The notes beneath the pieces were generated by a model. The model made no database searches. It had not been told where the DNA came from and saw only the letters and a program-made list of their open reading frames with translations. The translations under genes and the position numbers were made by a program. Shown here one piece after another: positions 38,377-49,511 of a DNA stretch of 64,000 nucleotides. Position 1 is the stretch's first letter; the number at the start of each line of letters is the position of its first letter. The DNA is from an uncultured candidate division Zixibacteria bacterium (lineage in GTDB: Bacteria; Zixibacteria; MSB-5A5; GN15; FEB-12): the NCBI GenBank assembly GCA_963735035.1, contig CAVTJJ010000003.1:320001-384000 (forward strand), given 5' to 3'.

Positions 38377-40165
38377 TTACTCGGCCTTAGCGCCGGTCGA
38401 GTCGGCCGTTTTGCCGAGAAGAGTCGGCACACCACGGAGCAATTGATACATCGGCAGTTCGACATTTTCCCGGTGCTCGCCAAAAGTGATCGGAGCCGCC
38501 GCGCCGGAGTAATTTCGCACCCGGCTTAGTTTGGTCACGAGATCCTGTCGCGTGGCTGCGCCGGCCATCAGAGCCTGCGCGATAAGCTTGACCGCATCGT
38601 AACCCAGCCCAGCCAGCCGATGCGGCTGCTCACCGTAGCGGGCGTCGTAAAGCGACGCGAACTTGACATACTCCTGGCTGCGCTCCTGTTCGAGGAACGG
38701 CGACGGGAACACTGCCTGCCGGGTGACATCATCACCGAGAGCATAGACGGCATTGTCGCCCCAACCGTCAGAACCGAGGTAGAACGTCTCGATGCTGTAG
38801 AATTTCAACTGTGGCAGCAGCAGCCGAAGTTGTTCTGCTGATCCCGGAAGGTAAAGGCAGTCGATACTAGCCGGGACGGCCTCGATATCGAGCGTGTCGC
38901 CCCTGTCATTTACATAAGCCGCCGAGTCCGGCTGACCACCCAACAGCACCATCTTGAGATCGCGGACATACTGCCCAAAATCGCGGTCGCGCGAGCGGTA
39001 GTATTCAGTTGCCACAACTTTACCGCCGAGGGCTTCAAACCGTTCCTCGAAAGCCTGGGCCATGCGAAGTTGATCGGTGGTAGTCGGCGTGATTATCGCG
39101 GCGGAGTCGGCGCCCCGCTTGAGCACGGCATACTCGGCGGCACGCACACCCTGCAGCTCAATATTGGGCGAAAGTTGGAATGAACTCTCCGAAAGCAGCG
39201 TCAGTCCGGCCTGAGTAGCCGCCGGTATTATCAGCGGCAGGAAATCACAACTAAGCGCAGCAGCCGTCACCGCAGTCTCCTCACTGGTGAGAGGACCGAT
39301 GACAGCATCGGTGCCGGTATGTACCAGTTCCCGGGCGAGCCGGGCAGCATCGATCGGATTCCCCTTCGTATCGTACGGAGTCAGTCGCAACTGACGGCCG
39401 GAGTCGCGACGGAACTGTTCGGCGCCTATTGTTGCGCCGCGATAGATCGCCTCACCGAACGATTGCATATCACCTGACAGCGGCAACAATAACGCCAGTT
39501 CCAAATCGGAACTCAGAGACAGGACCGCGGAACTGTCTGCTCGCAGCGCGACGGCCGGTACAGACGGCTCGTAAGCGCAGGGCCTGAGTCGTGTCGGCCC
39601 GCTTCTCGAGCGCTACCGCGACCGGTTCTATCAGTTGACAACGGCGGACCGGATCAAGCGAACCGAAATCGGCATCTCCGAGAGTAACGACTTCTGCCTG
39701 TGCAACCGCCTCGACGACGGAGTTGATGATCAGATCATCCAGCCTTATGTCATTCGACAAACGAAAAGCATCGATATAAGCCGCCACCGCCTGGCTCTGT
39801 TGAGCTTTCAGATAATAGGAGTTTCCCTCAAAGAAATAAGCGTGGGCGATCAGAGGCGAGTTGGGAAAGCGATTGATGAAATCACCGAAACCCTCGAGCG
39901 CGTCGGATCGATTGCCGAAATACAATTCCGCTTTGGCGTGATTGAGAATGAAGAGATCGAGATTCCTGGAGTCGGGATAGTGTTCGGCCAACTGGGTGAA
40001 CTGACGGGAAGCTTCGAGGAAGTGACCATCGCGCAGCAACCGCCTAGCCTTCGCATAGTCCGAGAGTATTTCCGGTCGATCATCGAGCAGTTCGACGGCG
40101 GATACACCCACAGCGGCCCCGCAGAGCAGAGCCACAAGCAACATCAGCCGAAATCGGGACCGCAT
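38377..40165 (-). pseudogene. TPR + type-1 periplasmic-binding-fold protein (LpoA-like PBP activator), split by a frameshift near 39510-39570
   Basis: ORF 39470-40165 has a signal peptide and TPRs; ORF 38377-39504 begins LALLLPLSG and has AVIGPL, YLGSDGW, LGYDA. The two frames overlap. Confidence 0.75.
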
Positions 40166-40669
40166 CTACAGATTGTATTTCCCAAAATCTTCGGGATTAA
40201 TCTTCTTGAGCCTCTCGCGCAACGACTCTCGATCGGTCGGCATGGGAGGCGACTCCTGGTCCTGGTCGCTCTTGGTGCGCGGCTCAAACAACTCGGCGTT
40301 GACAAAGATCGGGCAGCCGGTCTTGAGAGCGAGCGCGATCGAATCCGAAGGCCGGGCATCGAGTTGCCGCCCGTCGCCGTTACGAGTCAGATGCACCACC
40401 GCATAGAAGGTCTGCTCCCGAAGCTCGGTGATTTCGACTCGCGCGACCTTCGCTTCCAGAGCCTCGATGGCCTGTTTCATCAGGTCGTGAGTGAGAGGGC
40501 GCTTGGCTGCGACGCCGGACAACTCCATAGCGATGGCCCATGCCTCGGCATGGCCGATCCAGATCGGCAAGACTTTGTCATCCTCCTCTGCTGGTGACAA
40601 AATGACCACCGGGGTATTAGTGGTCATGTCGAGCGCCAGTCCCTCGAGTTTGACCTGTACCATTTTCAT
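40166..40669 (-). CDS. Bifunctional nuclease family protein (DUF151)
   Basis: LPIWIG..EA.AI, RPLTHDL, FYA, DARPSDSIALAL. Confidence 0.93.
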   Translation of the reverse strand: MKMVQVKLEGLALDMTTNTPVVILSPAEEDDKVLPIWIGHAEAWAIAMELSGVAAKRPLTHDLMKQAIEALEAKVARVEITELREQTFYAVVHLTRNGDGRQLDARPSDSIALALKTGCPIFVNAELFEPRTKSDQDQESPPMPTDRESLRERLKKINPEDFGKYNL

Positions 40670-40673
40670 GGCT

Positions 40674-41120
40674 CTATATTTTCTTGACGACCCAGACCTT
40701 GCAATTGGCCGTCACTTCCTTGTCGACCTTGATCGGAACCGTATAGACGCCGAGCGCCTTGATCGGTTCTTCGAGGATCAACGTGCGCTTCTCGGCCGTA
40801 ATACCCTGCTGCTGCAGCATGGTAACGATATCCTGAGAGGTCACGGATCCGTACATCTTGTCTTCCTCGCCGACCAACACTTCGATCGAGAGTTCGATCT
40901 TTTCGATACGGTCCTTGAGAATCTCCGCCGTGCGCTTGCGCTTGCGATCACGCACCGCCGACTGTTTGGCGATCTCACCGATCGATTTTAGATTGGCCCG
41001 AGTCGCGGCAATCGCCAGATTCCTCGGAATGAGGTAGTTGCGACCGAATCCGGCCTTGACGTCAATCGTCTGACCCGAGTGGCCGACATCGGGAACGTCT
41101 TCTCGCAGAATCACTTTCAT
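40674..41120 (-). CDS. rplI: 50S ribosomal protein L9
   Basis: MKVILREDV...VKAGFGRNYLIPRNLA, MYGSVT, PIKALG. Confidence 0.97.
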   Translation of the reverse strand: MKVILREDVPDVGHSGQTIDVKAGFGRNYLIPRNLAIAATRANLKSIGEIAKQSAVRDRKRKRTAEILKDRIEKIELSIEVLVGEEDKMYGSVTSQDIVTMLQQQGITAEKRTLILEEPIKALGVYTVPIKVDKEVTANCKVWVVKKI

Positions 41121-41149
41121 AAGAACCTCGCGGTAATTATAACCAAATA

Positions 41150-42196
41150 TTAACTCTTGTCCAACTCAATTGATTGGGCGGAAAGTTTCCGCCAATCGGT
41201 AAAACTATCGATAAAACCGAGGAGCACCACCAGCATAAACCCGATCAACCCGGTCAGAATCATGGCTATATAGAAAAGAATCTTGACTCCGAGGGGAAGT
41301 TTCAGGCGAATGAGAAAGTGCGCCATAAGCGCCAGCCCACCGACACAATAGAAGAGGGCCAGCACTAGAAACAGATTGTCGGCTACCAGCGCAATCGCTT
41401 CGCCGCCGACCAGACGCCCCAGCGCCGCGGCAATCACCAGACCGATCATCGCAAACGGCACCCGCCAGCGCGTGAACGGGGCAAGCAAGGTCGCCTGACG
41501 CTCTGCCGAAACACCGAGCATCAGAAACCAGACGAACCCGACCGCGAACTGCGCTATCAAATTGATGATAGTTGCGGCCGGCACCAATCGAGCCATGACT
41601 CTAACGATAGTCTCCAACTCGCGGGAGTAAGCCTGCGCCGCCTCCGGATGATATCCGAACGCGGTCAGATTTCCTGAGAAAGAATCGATAGCCTCGCGAC
41701 CGGCGGCTTCGAACATCGTCATCAGCGGGCCCCATTGTTGGGCGTACATGATGATGCCACCCAGGACGACCACCGACGTTCCCAGCAGGAATGCCTTGAG
41801 CCCGGAATCTCCGGCGCGCAGACGCACTCCTACCAAAGCGCCGGTACCCGCAAGCATGGTGGTCTCGCTAATCATCATAACTCTTTGCATAGGGTGGCAG
41901 ACCGTCCATCCGGCGACCAGCGCCATTGCGCCGGCGGCCAGAATCGGCCAGAGACCACCATGGTAAACCGCGTCACTGATGGCTCGGAAGAGATAGATAA
42001 CCAATACATAGGTCACCACAATCGTCACGAGGGTCAGAACTGAGAGGGGCAGTCGGAACGCCACGCCGTATTTCAACAGCGGGAAAAGAACCAGGACTGC
42101 TGCGGCCAGCCACACCTTGATGCCGGGTGTGACCGTGGCAGGGCTTCCCCCGACAGTCACCGCCGCATCAGGCTCAGCGGAATGATTCACTCTCAA
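41150..42196 (-). CDS. DUF2232 (YybS-like) membrane protein
   Basis: Multi-TM protein between rpsR and rpl[10 protein letters not shown]-terminal [11 protein letters not shown]. Confidence 0.85.
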   Translation of the reverse strand: MRVNHSAEPDAAVTVGGSPATVTPGIKVWLAAAVLVLFPLLKYGVAFRLPLSVLTLVTIVVTYVLVIYLFRAISDAVYHGGLWPILAAGAMALVAGWTVCHPMQRVMMISETTMLAGTGALVGVRLRAGDSGLKAFLLGTSVVVLGGIIMYAQQWGPLMTMFEAAGREAIDSFSGNLTAFGYHPEAAQAYSRELETIVRVMARLVPAATIINLIAQFAVGFVWFLMLGVSAERQATLLAPFTRWRVPFAMIGLVIAAALGRLVGGEAIALVADNLFLVLALFYCVGGLALMAHFLIRLKLPLGVKILFYIAMILTGLIGFMLVVLLGFIDSFTDWRKLSAQSIELDKS

Positions 42197-42410
42197 ACGC
42201 CAGGATCGCCATGTGCCGGCTGCGCTTGATAGCCGTCGTCAGCTTGCGCTGGTGACGGGCGCAGTTACCAGAAATTCGGCGCGGCACGATTTTGCCCCGC
42301 TCCGTCACGAAACGGCGCAGCAGGCGTTCATCTTTGAAATCTATGAAGCTGATCTTGTTTTCGCAGAAGCGACAAACCTTTTTTCTCTTTTTGAGACCGT
42401 AATCTGACAT
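42174..42410 (-). CDS. rpsR: 30S ribosomal protein S18
   Basis: [29 protein letters not shown]. Confidence 0.97.
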   Translation of the reverse strand: MSDYGLKKRKKVCRFCENKISFIDFKDERLLRRFVTERGKIVPRRISGNCARHQRKLTTAIKRSRHMAILAFESESFR

Positions 42411-42424
42411 CGTTGTGCCTTTCC

Positions 42425-42913
42425 CTATCGCCCTTCATTCGATCCGCCGCCGGATCCATCGCGACGTCCATGGTAACCGCCGCGATCCGAGTCCTGCGAA
42501 CCACCGAAGCGTCCGCGAGAATGATAACCGCCTCCACCGCCGCCGTAACGCGGACGATCATAGGAAGAATCACCTTCGGACCGATCTGACGATTCATCGA
42601 AAAGACCGTGTGACTCGGCGTTAGGATCGCCGTCGAATTTCACCGTAAGGAACCGCACATAAGGTTCCTCGAGCTTGTAATGCCGGTCCAGTTTCGGCAG
42701 AACAATCGGCTCGGATTCAAAAATGATGCTCGTGTAGTACCCCTGAGTCAGATTGGCCACAGGATAGGCCAGCCTACGGGTACCCATACGGTTTTCACGG
42801 AGGATCTGTCCCCCATCGTTCTTGATGATATCCAGTACCGCCGTTACCTGGCGATCAATGGTAGCATCATCGGCCTGGGGGTTGACAACAAAAGTAGTTT
42901 CGTAGCGTCTCAA
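42425..42913 (-). CDS. rpsF: 30S ribosomal protein S6 with Gly/Arg-rich C-terminal extension
   Basis: [22 protein letters not shown]...[11 protein letters not shown]. Confidence 0.95.
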   Translation of the reverse strand: MRRYETTFVVNPQADDATIDRQVTAVLDIIKNDGGQILRENRMGTRRLAYPVANLTQGYYTSIIFESEPIVLPKLDRHYKLEEPYVRFLTVKFDGDPNAESHGLFDESSDRSEGDSSYDRPRYGGGGGGYHSRGRFGGSQDSDRGGYHGRRDGSGGGSNEGR

Positions 42914-42916
42914 GAG

Positions 42917-42996
42917 TACCTCCCTTCGGACGTTAAACTACATTCTCAGTTCAAACGGCCTTGCCGGGCTACTCTGGTTCCGGCAAAGCAGGGTTT
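42917..42996 (-). promoter_or_regulatory. S6:S18 ribosomal protein leader RNA
   Basis: Minus strand CCCU-GCUUUGCCGG...CCGGCAAGGC-CG...AAGGGAGG. P1 pairs with the SD, and P2 is followed by the CCG motif of the known S6:S18 autoregulatory leader. Confidence 0.65.
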
Positions 42997-43568
42997 CTAT
43001 TAAATTGTGACATCGCCTTTTCAAAGCGATGCAAGACGGCAAATATAACAGCTTCCGCCGCCAGCGCAACCATTCTTTCGACTTTTTTTCGCTCCGCCTT
43101 CTTGAACTTGCTCAGAACGTAGTCGGCTACGTCCGCGCCTTCGGGCGGTTGGCCCACGCCCAGACGCAACCTCGGAAACTGCTGGGTCCCAAGCTGTTCG
43201 ATTATGGAAGTGAGGCCATTGTGGCCACCGTCGGAGCCCTCAGATCGAAATCTCAGCGCCCCCAAAGGTAGATTGAAATCGTCGACCACCACGAGAATCT
43301 CGTCCGGAGTGAGAGCCAATTCGTCGATTAGCTCTTTGACAGCCTCACCAGAGAGGTTCATAAACGTGGTTGGCCAGGCCAGGATGAGATTTGAGTCAGT
43401 TTCGCGGTCAGGCAGCGTTGCTTCGGCGGCCTCATAGGTTGCTCGACCGGGCAGCTTTATTGCCTCAAGCGTTGCGGCGACGCGGCTGACCACTTCAAAG
43501 CCGAGGTTATGGCGGGTCCCCACGTATTTCTTACCGATATTTCCGAGACCGACAATCGCCTTAATCAC
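42969..43568 (-). CDS. pth: Peptidyl-tRNA hydrolase
   Basis: IVGLGN...TRHNLGF, TFMNLSG, GGHNGL, RLRLGVG, DYVL. Confidence 0.97.
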   Translation of the reverse strand: MIKAIVGLGNIGKKYVGTRHNLGFEVVSRVAATLEAIKLPGRATYEAAEATLPDRETDSNLILAWPTTFMNLSGEAVKELIDELALTPDEILVVVDDFNLPLGALRFRSEGSDGGHNGLTSIIEQLGTQQFPRLRLGVGQPPEGADVADYVLSKFKKAERKKVERMVALAAEAVIFAVLHRFEKAMSQFNRNPALPEPE

Positions 43569-43577
43569 GGGAGTGGC

Positions 43578-44297
43578 CTAACGAGAGGATTCGCCGGACT
43601 TCTTAGTTTCCGAGTAGCGATAACCTACCCCACGGATGGTCTCGAAATAGACCGGTTCCTTCGGGTCGTCTTCGAAAATCTTCCGAAGCTTCATCACGAA
43701 GTTGTCAACCGTCCGGTTGGTAGGAAAGGCGCGATATCCCCAGACCGCATCGAGAAGCTGATCGCGACTGACTACTTGCCCCGGCCGCTCGATCAGGTAC
43801 TTGGCTACCATACATTCGCGGCGGGTAAGGGCGAACTTGCCACCCGGCCCTTCGGCTTCGAAAGTTCTGAAATTGATTCGCCGTCCTTCGAAGACGTACT
43901 CGCCTGAGGATTGTCTGTCACCTTCGCTCAACCAGGCCAGTCGCCTGAAAACACCGGCCACTCGGGCCAACAGTTCTTTCAGAGCGAAAGGCTTGGCGAT
44001 ATAATCGTCACCGCCGGCAATCAGTCCTTCGATTCGCTCATCGGTCTGACCCCGGGCCGTGATAAACATGATCGGGACCGTCTCCCCCTGCTCGCGAAGT
44101 TTTCGACAGATCGTTAAGCCGTCCATCCCGGGAAGCATGATGTCGAGCAGGATGAGATCTATATTGCCGTCCTGGAACGCTTCTATCGCCTGGGGGCCTT
44201 CGGCCACGTGGACGACCTGATACCCCTCACCTTCCAGATTCATAATGAGCCCGTCGGCCAGGCTGGTGTCATCTTCGACCAACAGAATGGTTTTCAT
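43578..44297 (-). CDS. OmpR-family response regulator
   Basis: LLVEDD, LDIMLPG, GDDYIAKPF, RTVDNF, TIRGVGY. Confidence 0.95.
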   Translation of the reverse strand: MKTILLVEDDTSLADGLIMNLEGEGYQVVHVAEGPQAIEAFQDGNIDLILLDIMLPGMDGLTICRKLREQGETVPIMFITARGQTDERIEGLIAGGDDYIAKPFALKELLARVAGVFRRLAWLSEGDRQSSGEYVFEGRRINFRTFEAEGPGGKFALTRRECMVAKYLIERPGQVVSRDQLLDAVWGYRAFPTNRTVDNFVMKLRKIFEDDPKEPVYFETIRGVGYRYSETKKSGESSR

Positions 44298-45274
44298 GCG
44301 TCTTGCCCCAGCGGAAGGGTTATGGTGAATTCTGAACCGTGCCCGATTCCCTCGGAATGAGCCGTCACCTTGCCGCCGTGGGCGCGGATCATTTCGCGAC
44401 AGAGAAACAATCCGAGACCTGTCCCGCGACTGGCCCTGGTAAGTTCGTGACCCACCCGATAGAAACGATCAAAAATCAGCTCGAGTTCACCTTTTTCGAT
44501 GCCTATGCCCTTGTCGGCGATGACGATTTCGGCACTGTGATTGGTCCGGCGCAAACTGAGCATGAGATGGGGTTGTTGGCCTCCGGCGTACTTGACCGCG
44601 TTGTCCAGAATCGCGCCGAGCGCTCGACCCAAGACGGCGGAGTCGGCAACAATGCTAATACCCGGTTCGATCTTGCGAGACATATTAATTGCCCCACCGT
44701 CGGCTCTTTGCACCAGTCCATCGGCGAGCCCTTTAAGCAGTCCACTTAGATCGATCGACTGAAGGTTCAATCTCGACTCGCCGCTCTCGAACCGACCCGC
44801 TTCCAGAATGTCCTCAATCAACTGCTCGAGACGGTGAAGGTCGCCGCGCATCCGGGGAATCACCTGGAGTTTCTTCTCGGTCGGAATCTTCTCGGACTGG
44901 AGGGTGTCGACGTAAATGCCAATCGACGCGACCGGCGTCTTCAATTCATGCGTTACAGCCATGACGAAATTCTCCTGACGGCGCCTCAATCGGTCGGCCT
45001 GAATCAGGGAACGATAGATGAGCCAGACCCCGAGCAGGACGAGCAACAGGAACACCACACCTTCGGAGCCGACCATGATCTGACGCATAATTTCCTGGTG
45101 ATGCAGATTTTCCAGGAACGCCTCGTCGGCGCCAAGGCTGTGGGCGATATCGACCTTCTCACGGGTCAACCGAGCCATGAAGATGATCCACCAGGTCGCC
45201 ATAGCGAGCACAAAGACAACTATCGCTACAAAGGTGATTAGGGCGGCGCGTGGTGAAAGATTGCGTACACTCAT
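44294..45274 (-). CDS. Membrane-bound sensor histidine kinase
   Basis: Two TMs, HELKTP, NAVKY, DKGIG, GTGLGL. Confidence 0.95.
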   Translation of the reverse strand: MSVRNLSPRAALITFVAIVVFVLAMATWWIIFMARLTREKVDIAHSLGADEAFLENLHHQEIMRQIMVGSEGVVFLLLVLLGVWLIYRSLIQADRLRRRQENFVMAVTHELKTPVASIGIYVDTLQSEKIPTEKKLQVIPRMRGDLHRLEQLIEDILEAGRFESGESRLNLQSIDLSGLLKGLADGLVQRADGGAINMSRKIEPGISIVADSAVLGRALGAILDNAVKYAGGQQPHLMLSLRRTNHSAEIVIADKGIGIEKGELELIFDRFYRVGHELTRASRGTGLGLFLCREMIRAHGGKVTAHSEGIGHGSEFTITLPLGQDA

Positions 45275-45415
45275 ACTTGGCTTCCCGGAGTACCGGTCAA
45301 GGCCAAAATATACGCACGATAGAGAGGGAGACTAAGTAGAAAATAAAAAGACAAAGACCGATATCACCCCCGGCTGGGTAGGTTACAAACGTTCGCCGGG
45401 AGCATCCGGAGACGG

Positions 45416-46369
45416 TCAGTCGAGCGGGACGGTAGCCAGTTCTTCCTGTTCCTGCGGTTGGCGGGCCCAGATTTCGTCCGGGACCTTTTCGCCTCGCATA
45501 AGGAGATCGGCGGCCTCGAGCAACTGATTGAGATTCAGTTTCGTGATGTGGGCATCGACGTCAAGGAACTTGGCCCGCGCCTTCATGCCGACGTCGCCGA
45601 TCGAAGAATAGACCAACACGGGGGTACGGGGACGGTCGGATTGACGAATTTTCAGAGTGAGCGCCAGACCATCCATCCGGGGCATTTCGACATCGGAAAT
45701 GACCAGATCGAAGGATCCCTTCTCAAACGCCTCCCAGGCGCTGACACCGTCGTTGGTCTCGACCACTTCGAAACCAAGGTCGGACATCTCCGACGCGAGC
45801 ATGGCGCGTACCGCGGGCGAATCCTCGGCCACCAGCACCCGACGGCCCTTGAAATCGGCGCTGCCTTGATACGAAGTTACATTTCGCATCTGAAGGTGCG
45901 GGGAAAGATCGAGCAGGATTGTCTCGTAGTCGAGCATCTGGACCATGCGATCTTCGGTCGGCTTGACTATGCCTATAGTGTACCGATGAGCCAGGCTTCC
46001 GAACACACCGGCCGCGTCGATAACATCTTCCCAGAGGAAGTGGTGGATCCAATCGACCCGGTCGACCCAGAAGCCGATGTGCATGCCGAAGAATTCGGTT
46101 TCGAGCAACTTGTGCGGACGGCTGTCGGCCGGCCGCTCGATGCCCAGGATAAGCGCCAGATCGATTACCGGCACAACACGATTCATGTCGCGAAAGATTC
46201 CGGCTATGGCCGGATGAGAATCGGGCATATGAGTGAAATTGGTCAGCGTGTTTACGATCTTACTGACCTTGAGGATATTGATGCCAAAAGACATATCAGT
46301 GACACGATACTCCAGCACCCTGAGCTCATTGGAGCCGGTCTTCAAATATGATTCAGCTTCCATCTTCAT
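45416..46369 (-). CDS. cheV: Chemotaxis protein CheV (CheW + receiver)
   Basis: GSNELRVLEY, FGINILKV, PVIDL; receiver VAEDS, SDVEMPRMDG. Confidence 0.92.
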   Translation of the reverse strand: MKMEAESYLKTGSNELRVLEYRVTDMSFGINILKVSKIVNTLTNFTHMPDSHPAIAGIFRDMNRVVPVIDLALILGIERPADSRPHKLLETEFFGMHIGFWVDRVDWIHHFLWEDVIDAAGVFGSLAHRYTIGIVKPTEDRMVQMLDYETILLDLSPHLQMRNVTSYQGSADFKGRRVLVAEDSPAVRAMLASEMSDLGFEVVETNDGVSAWEAFEKGSFDLVISDVEMPRMDGLALTLKIRQSDRPRTPVLVYSSIGDVGMKARAKFLDVDAHITKLNLNQLLEAADLLMRGEKVPDEIWARQPQEQEELATVPLD

Positions 46370-46373
46370 CTAA

Positions 46374-47132
46374 TCATCCCTCAGCTTTCATGAGCTTGAT
46401 AGTAAACACTGCCCCCCCCTTGGGGTGATCATCGGCCAGCACGGTACCACCCATCCCCGTGGCCGCCAGCCGACAGAAGTAGAGCCCTAGCCCGACCCCG
46501 CGATGCTTCCCCTGAGATCGATGCATCACCTGCCGGTACTTTTCGAACAGCGTCTCGGGATCAATATCTCCCAAACCATCGCCGGAATCCTTCACATGAA
46601 TGAAAAGGCATTTCTGGCCTGGCTCAGTATAGATCGAAATCTGTCCCCCCTTTGGCGTATGTCGCAGGGCGTTATAGAGCAGATTGTCGAGAACGCGCTT
46701 CAAAAGTTTGGGATCAGCCTTCACCGGAATGTCGCCGGAATTGTTCGTGAAATTCAAAGTGACGCCGGATTCTTCGCAGGAGCCCGCCACCAGTTCAATC
46801 GCTTCCTCAATTATGGCGGTCGGCACCAGGTTGGTCATTTCGACCGGCAAGCCGATCTTTCCGGCGCGCGCCACAGCCATAATGTCGTAGAGGATCGATT
46901 CCGCCCGGGTCAACGCTATACGCGAAGATTTCACCAATCGCTTATGACCCGGCTTGTTCGGATCATACCGCCCCGATTCCAATAAATTGAGCAGGTACTT
47001 GGTTGAAGCCAGCGGCGATTCCAAATCATGGATAAATAAGGAGAATATCTCCAGCCAGCCGTCCGGTACCGCCGACTCTCCGGAAAGCTCTGGAGCGTCG
47101 TGCACGGGCACTTTTTCAAAAGTCTTTATCAT
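46374..47132 (-). CDS. Cytoplasmic histidine kinase lacking a sensor domain
   Basis: HDLESPL at about residue 34, NLLYNALRH, DSGDG, GVGLGL. Confidence 0.9.
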   Translation of the reverse strand: MIKTFEKVPVHDAPELSGESAVPDGWLEIFSLFIHDLESPLASTKYLLNLLESGRYDPNKPGHKRLVKSSRIALTRAESILYDIMAVARAGKIGLPVEMTNLVPTAIIEEAIELVAGSCEESGVTLNFTNNSGDIPVKADPKLLKRVLDNLLYNALRHTPKGGQISIYTEPGQKCLFIHVKDSGDGLGDIDPETLFEKYRQVMHRSQGKHRGVGLGLYFCRLAATGMGGTVLADDHPKGGAVFTIKLMKAEG

Positions 47133-47181
47133 AGATTCATGCTTTACAGCCGCGAAGAGTTAGCCCCCTCCATAGGAGTTA

Positions 47182-47208
47182 TTATCGACCGGGACGACGC
47201 TATATTAA
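47182..47208 (-). promoter_or_regulatory. Putative sigma28-type promoter for the HK-cheV unit
   Basis: TTAA-N15-GTCGATAA on the minus strand. Confidence 0.45.
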
Positions 47209-47251
47209 CCGAATGATTTCAGCCCGGCGTATTATCCCGGAAAACGGTGAT

Positions 47252-49448
47252 TTAGAGGGCGACTCGACTGAGCCGTAGCGAGTTGGTAATAACGAAAACC
47301 GATGACAGGCTCATGGCGAGCGCAGCCAGCACGGGCGACATGGTCAGCCCCGATACCGGAAACAGCAGCCCGGCGGCGATTGGAATAGCGATAACATTAT
47401 AGAAGAAGGCCCAAAAGAGGTTCTGGCGAATAGTCTTCATAGCCACGCGAGCCAGTTGAAACATTCGAGGAACACCGACCAACTGGGAACGAACGAGGAC
47501 AACATCGGCCGCTTCAATCGCCACCTGGGTTCCCGAACCGATGGCCACGCCGACCGAAGCAGCCGCCAGCGCCGGGGCGTCGTTGATACCGTCGCCGATC
47601 ATCGCCACGCGTTGACCGGCCCGACGATACGATTCCACAATATCCTTCTTCTGTTCGGGACGGATCTCGGCCTCGAATTCGGTCAATCCCAACGAATGGG
47701 CAACCCCGCCCGCCGTAGCTCGATTGTCTCCAGACAACATAATGACCCGTAGTCCGTCGCGCCGAAGCCTCTCGATCACTTCGCGAGCATCGTGACGGGT
47801 TTCATCGGCCAAAGAAATCAACCCGACTACCTGGCCATCCTGGGCGACAAAAACCACTGTTCGCCCGGATTCCATCTCTTTCTCGCCCTGAAGCAGACTC
47901 GGCCCGAAATTGATCTTCTCTTGTTCGAGAAGGTTGCGGCTGCCTATTACTAAATGGCGATCGTCGCATTCACCTACAACCCCAAAGCCTGGCCTGGCAG
48001 CTACGTTGCGGACTACCGCCGGCTGCAATTGCCTTTCTTTCATATAGCGCATCAGTGCTTTCGCCACCGGGTGCTCTGATTGGCTTTCGATTGATCCCAC
48101 CAGACGGATCAGATTCTGCTCCGCGACCGGCCCGAAAGTACGAACAGTTACTACTTCTAGTTGACCGGTGGTAAGCGTTCCGGTCTTGTCGAAGATCACC
48201 GTATCGATGGTCGAGAGTGTTTCGAGAACATCCCCACCCTTGATGATAATGCCTTCCCGGGCGCCACGACCGGTACCCACTAGAATAGCCGCGGGCGTAG
48301 CCAGACCCAGAGCGCACGGACACGCGATGATCAAAACGGAAATGACCGAACGGACCGCCATGCCGCTTTCGGGCGCGAGAAAATACCAGAGCAATCCGGT
48401 TGTTGCTGCCAATACCAGTACTATGGGGACGAAGACCGCCGCCACCCGGTCGGCCAGATTCTGCACGGGAGCCTTCCGCGCCTGTGCCTCGGAGACCAGC
48501 CTGATAACGCCTGCTACAAAGCAATCTTCGCCGGTCGCTTCGGCTCTCATCTGGAACGGCGTATTGCCGTTGACCGAACCGCCTATAACCGCGCCGCCGA
48601 CTCTTCGCTCAACCGGTAGCGACTCACCGGTCAGAAGCGATTCATCGAGAACAGCTTCTCCCTCAATAATTACGCCATCGGCGGGAACCCGATCACCGGG
48701 GCGGACCAGCAATACCATGCCGGGCTGAAGGGCGCTGGAGTCGATTTCGACCTGGACGTTATTAATGATCGCGGTCGCCATTGTCGGACGAAGCTTGACC
48801 AGTTCTTCAATAGCTCGTCCGGCTCGACGCTTGGCGCGCGCTTCAAGAAAACGACCCAGCAGAATCAGAGTGATGATCATGCCGGCCGATTCGAAATACA
48901 AATCGTGATGCCCGTGCTCACCGGCGCTCAGAAGAACAAATAGGCTCCAGCCAAAAGCGGTGAGCGTCCCCAGGGCGATGAGGGAGTTCATATTCAACCG
49001 AAGGTGACGGAGCTGCAGGGCAGCATCTTTAAGAATCGGCCAGCCTGGCCATACCTAGAATCAGAGCGGTAAGGACAGCCTGGGCGATAGCGTCTGTGCC
49101 GACCGAAAACCAAGGTCTCCCGAGGAGCATCCCGCCCATCGCCAATAGCATCAATGGGGCAGCAAATACCACCACCAGCAGTAAACGTCGCCGGGCGGAA
49201 GATTCCTCTTCGATATTGCCAGATAAGACATCAGGAGTCCCGGGCAAGGCCTGATAGCCGAGAGTCTTGATTCGCTCAATAATTGCGGCAGCATCCAAAA
49301 TATCGCGGTCAAAGACCACCAGGCCCGATCGGGTTGCTAGATTCACCCGACACTCCGAAATACCGGACATCCCACGCAACTCCCTCTCAATGGTGGTTGC
49401 ACAGTTGGCGCAATGCATCCCGGAGATACTCAGGTTCAGTTTCTCCAT
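47252..49448 (-). pseudogene. copA: Cu(I)-translocating P1B-1 ATPase, split by a +1 frameshift near 49048
   Basis: GMHCANC HMA domain in ORF 49029-49499; TGES, CPC, DKTGT, SEHP, GDGIND, YN and MxxSS in ORF 47252-48997. Removing one C restores MAGWPILKDA. Confidence 0.85.
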
Positions 49449-49511
49449 AGCGGCCATAAGGGAAATATAGGTGGTCAAACGCCATCCGAACAGAGGCAAA
49501 CGGGTATCCGG

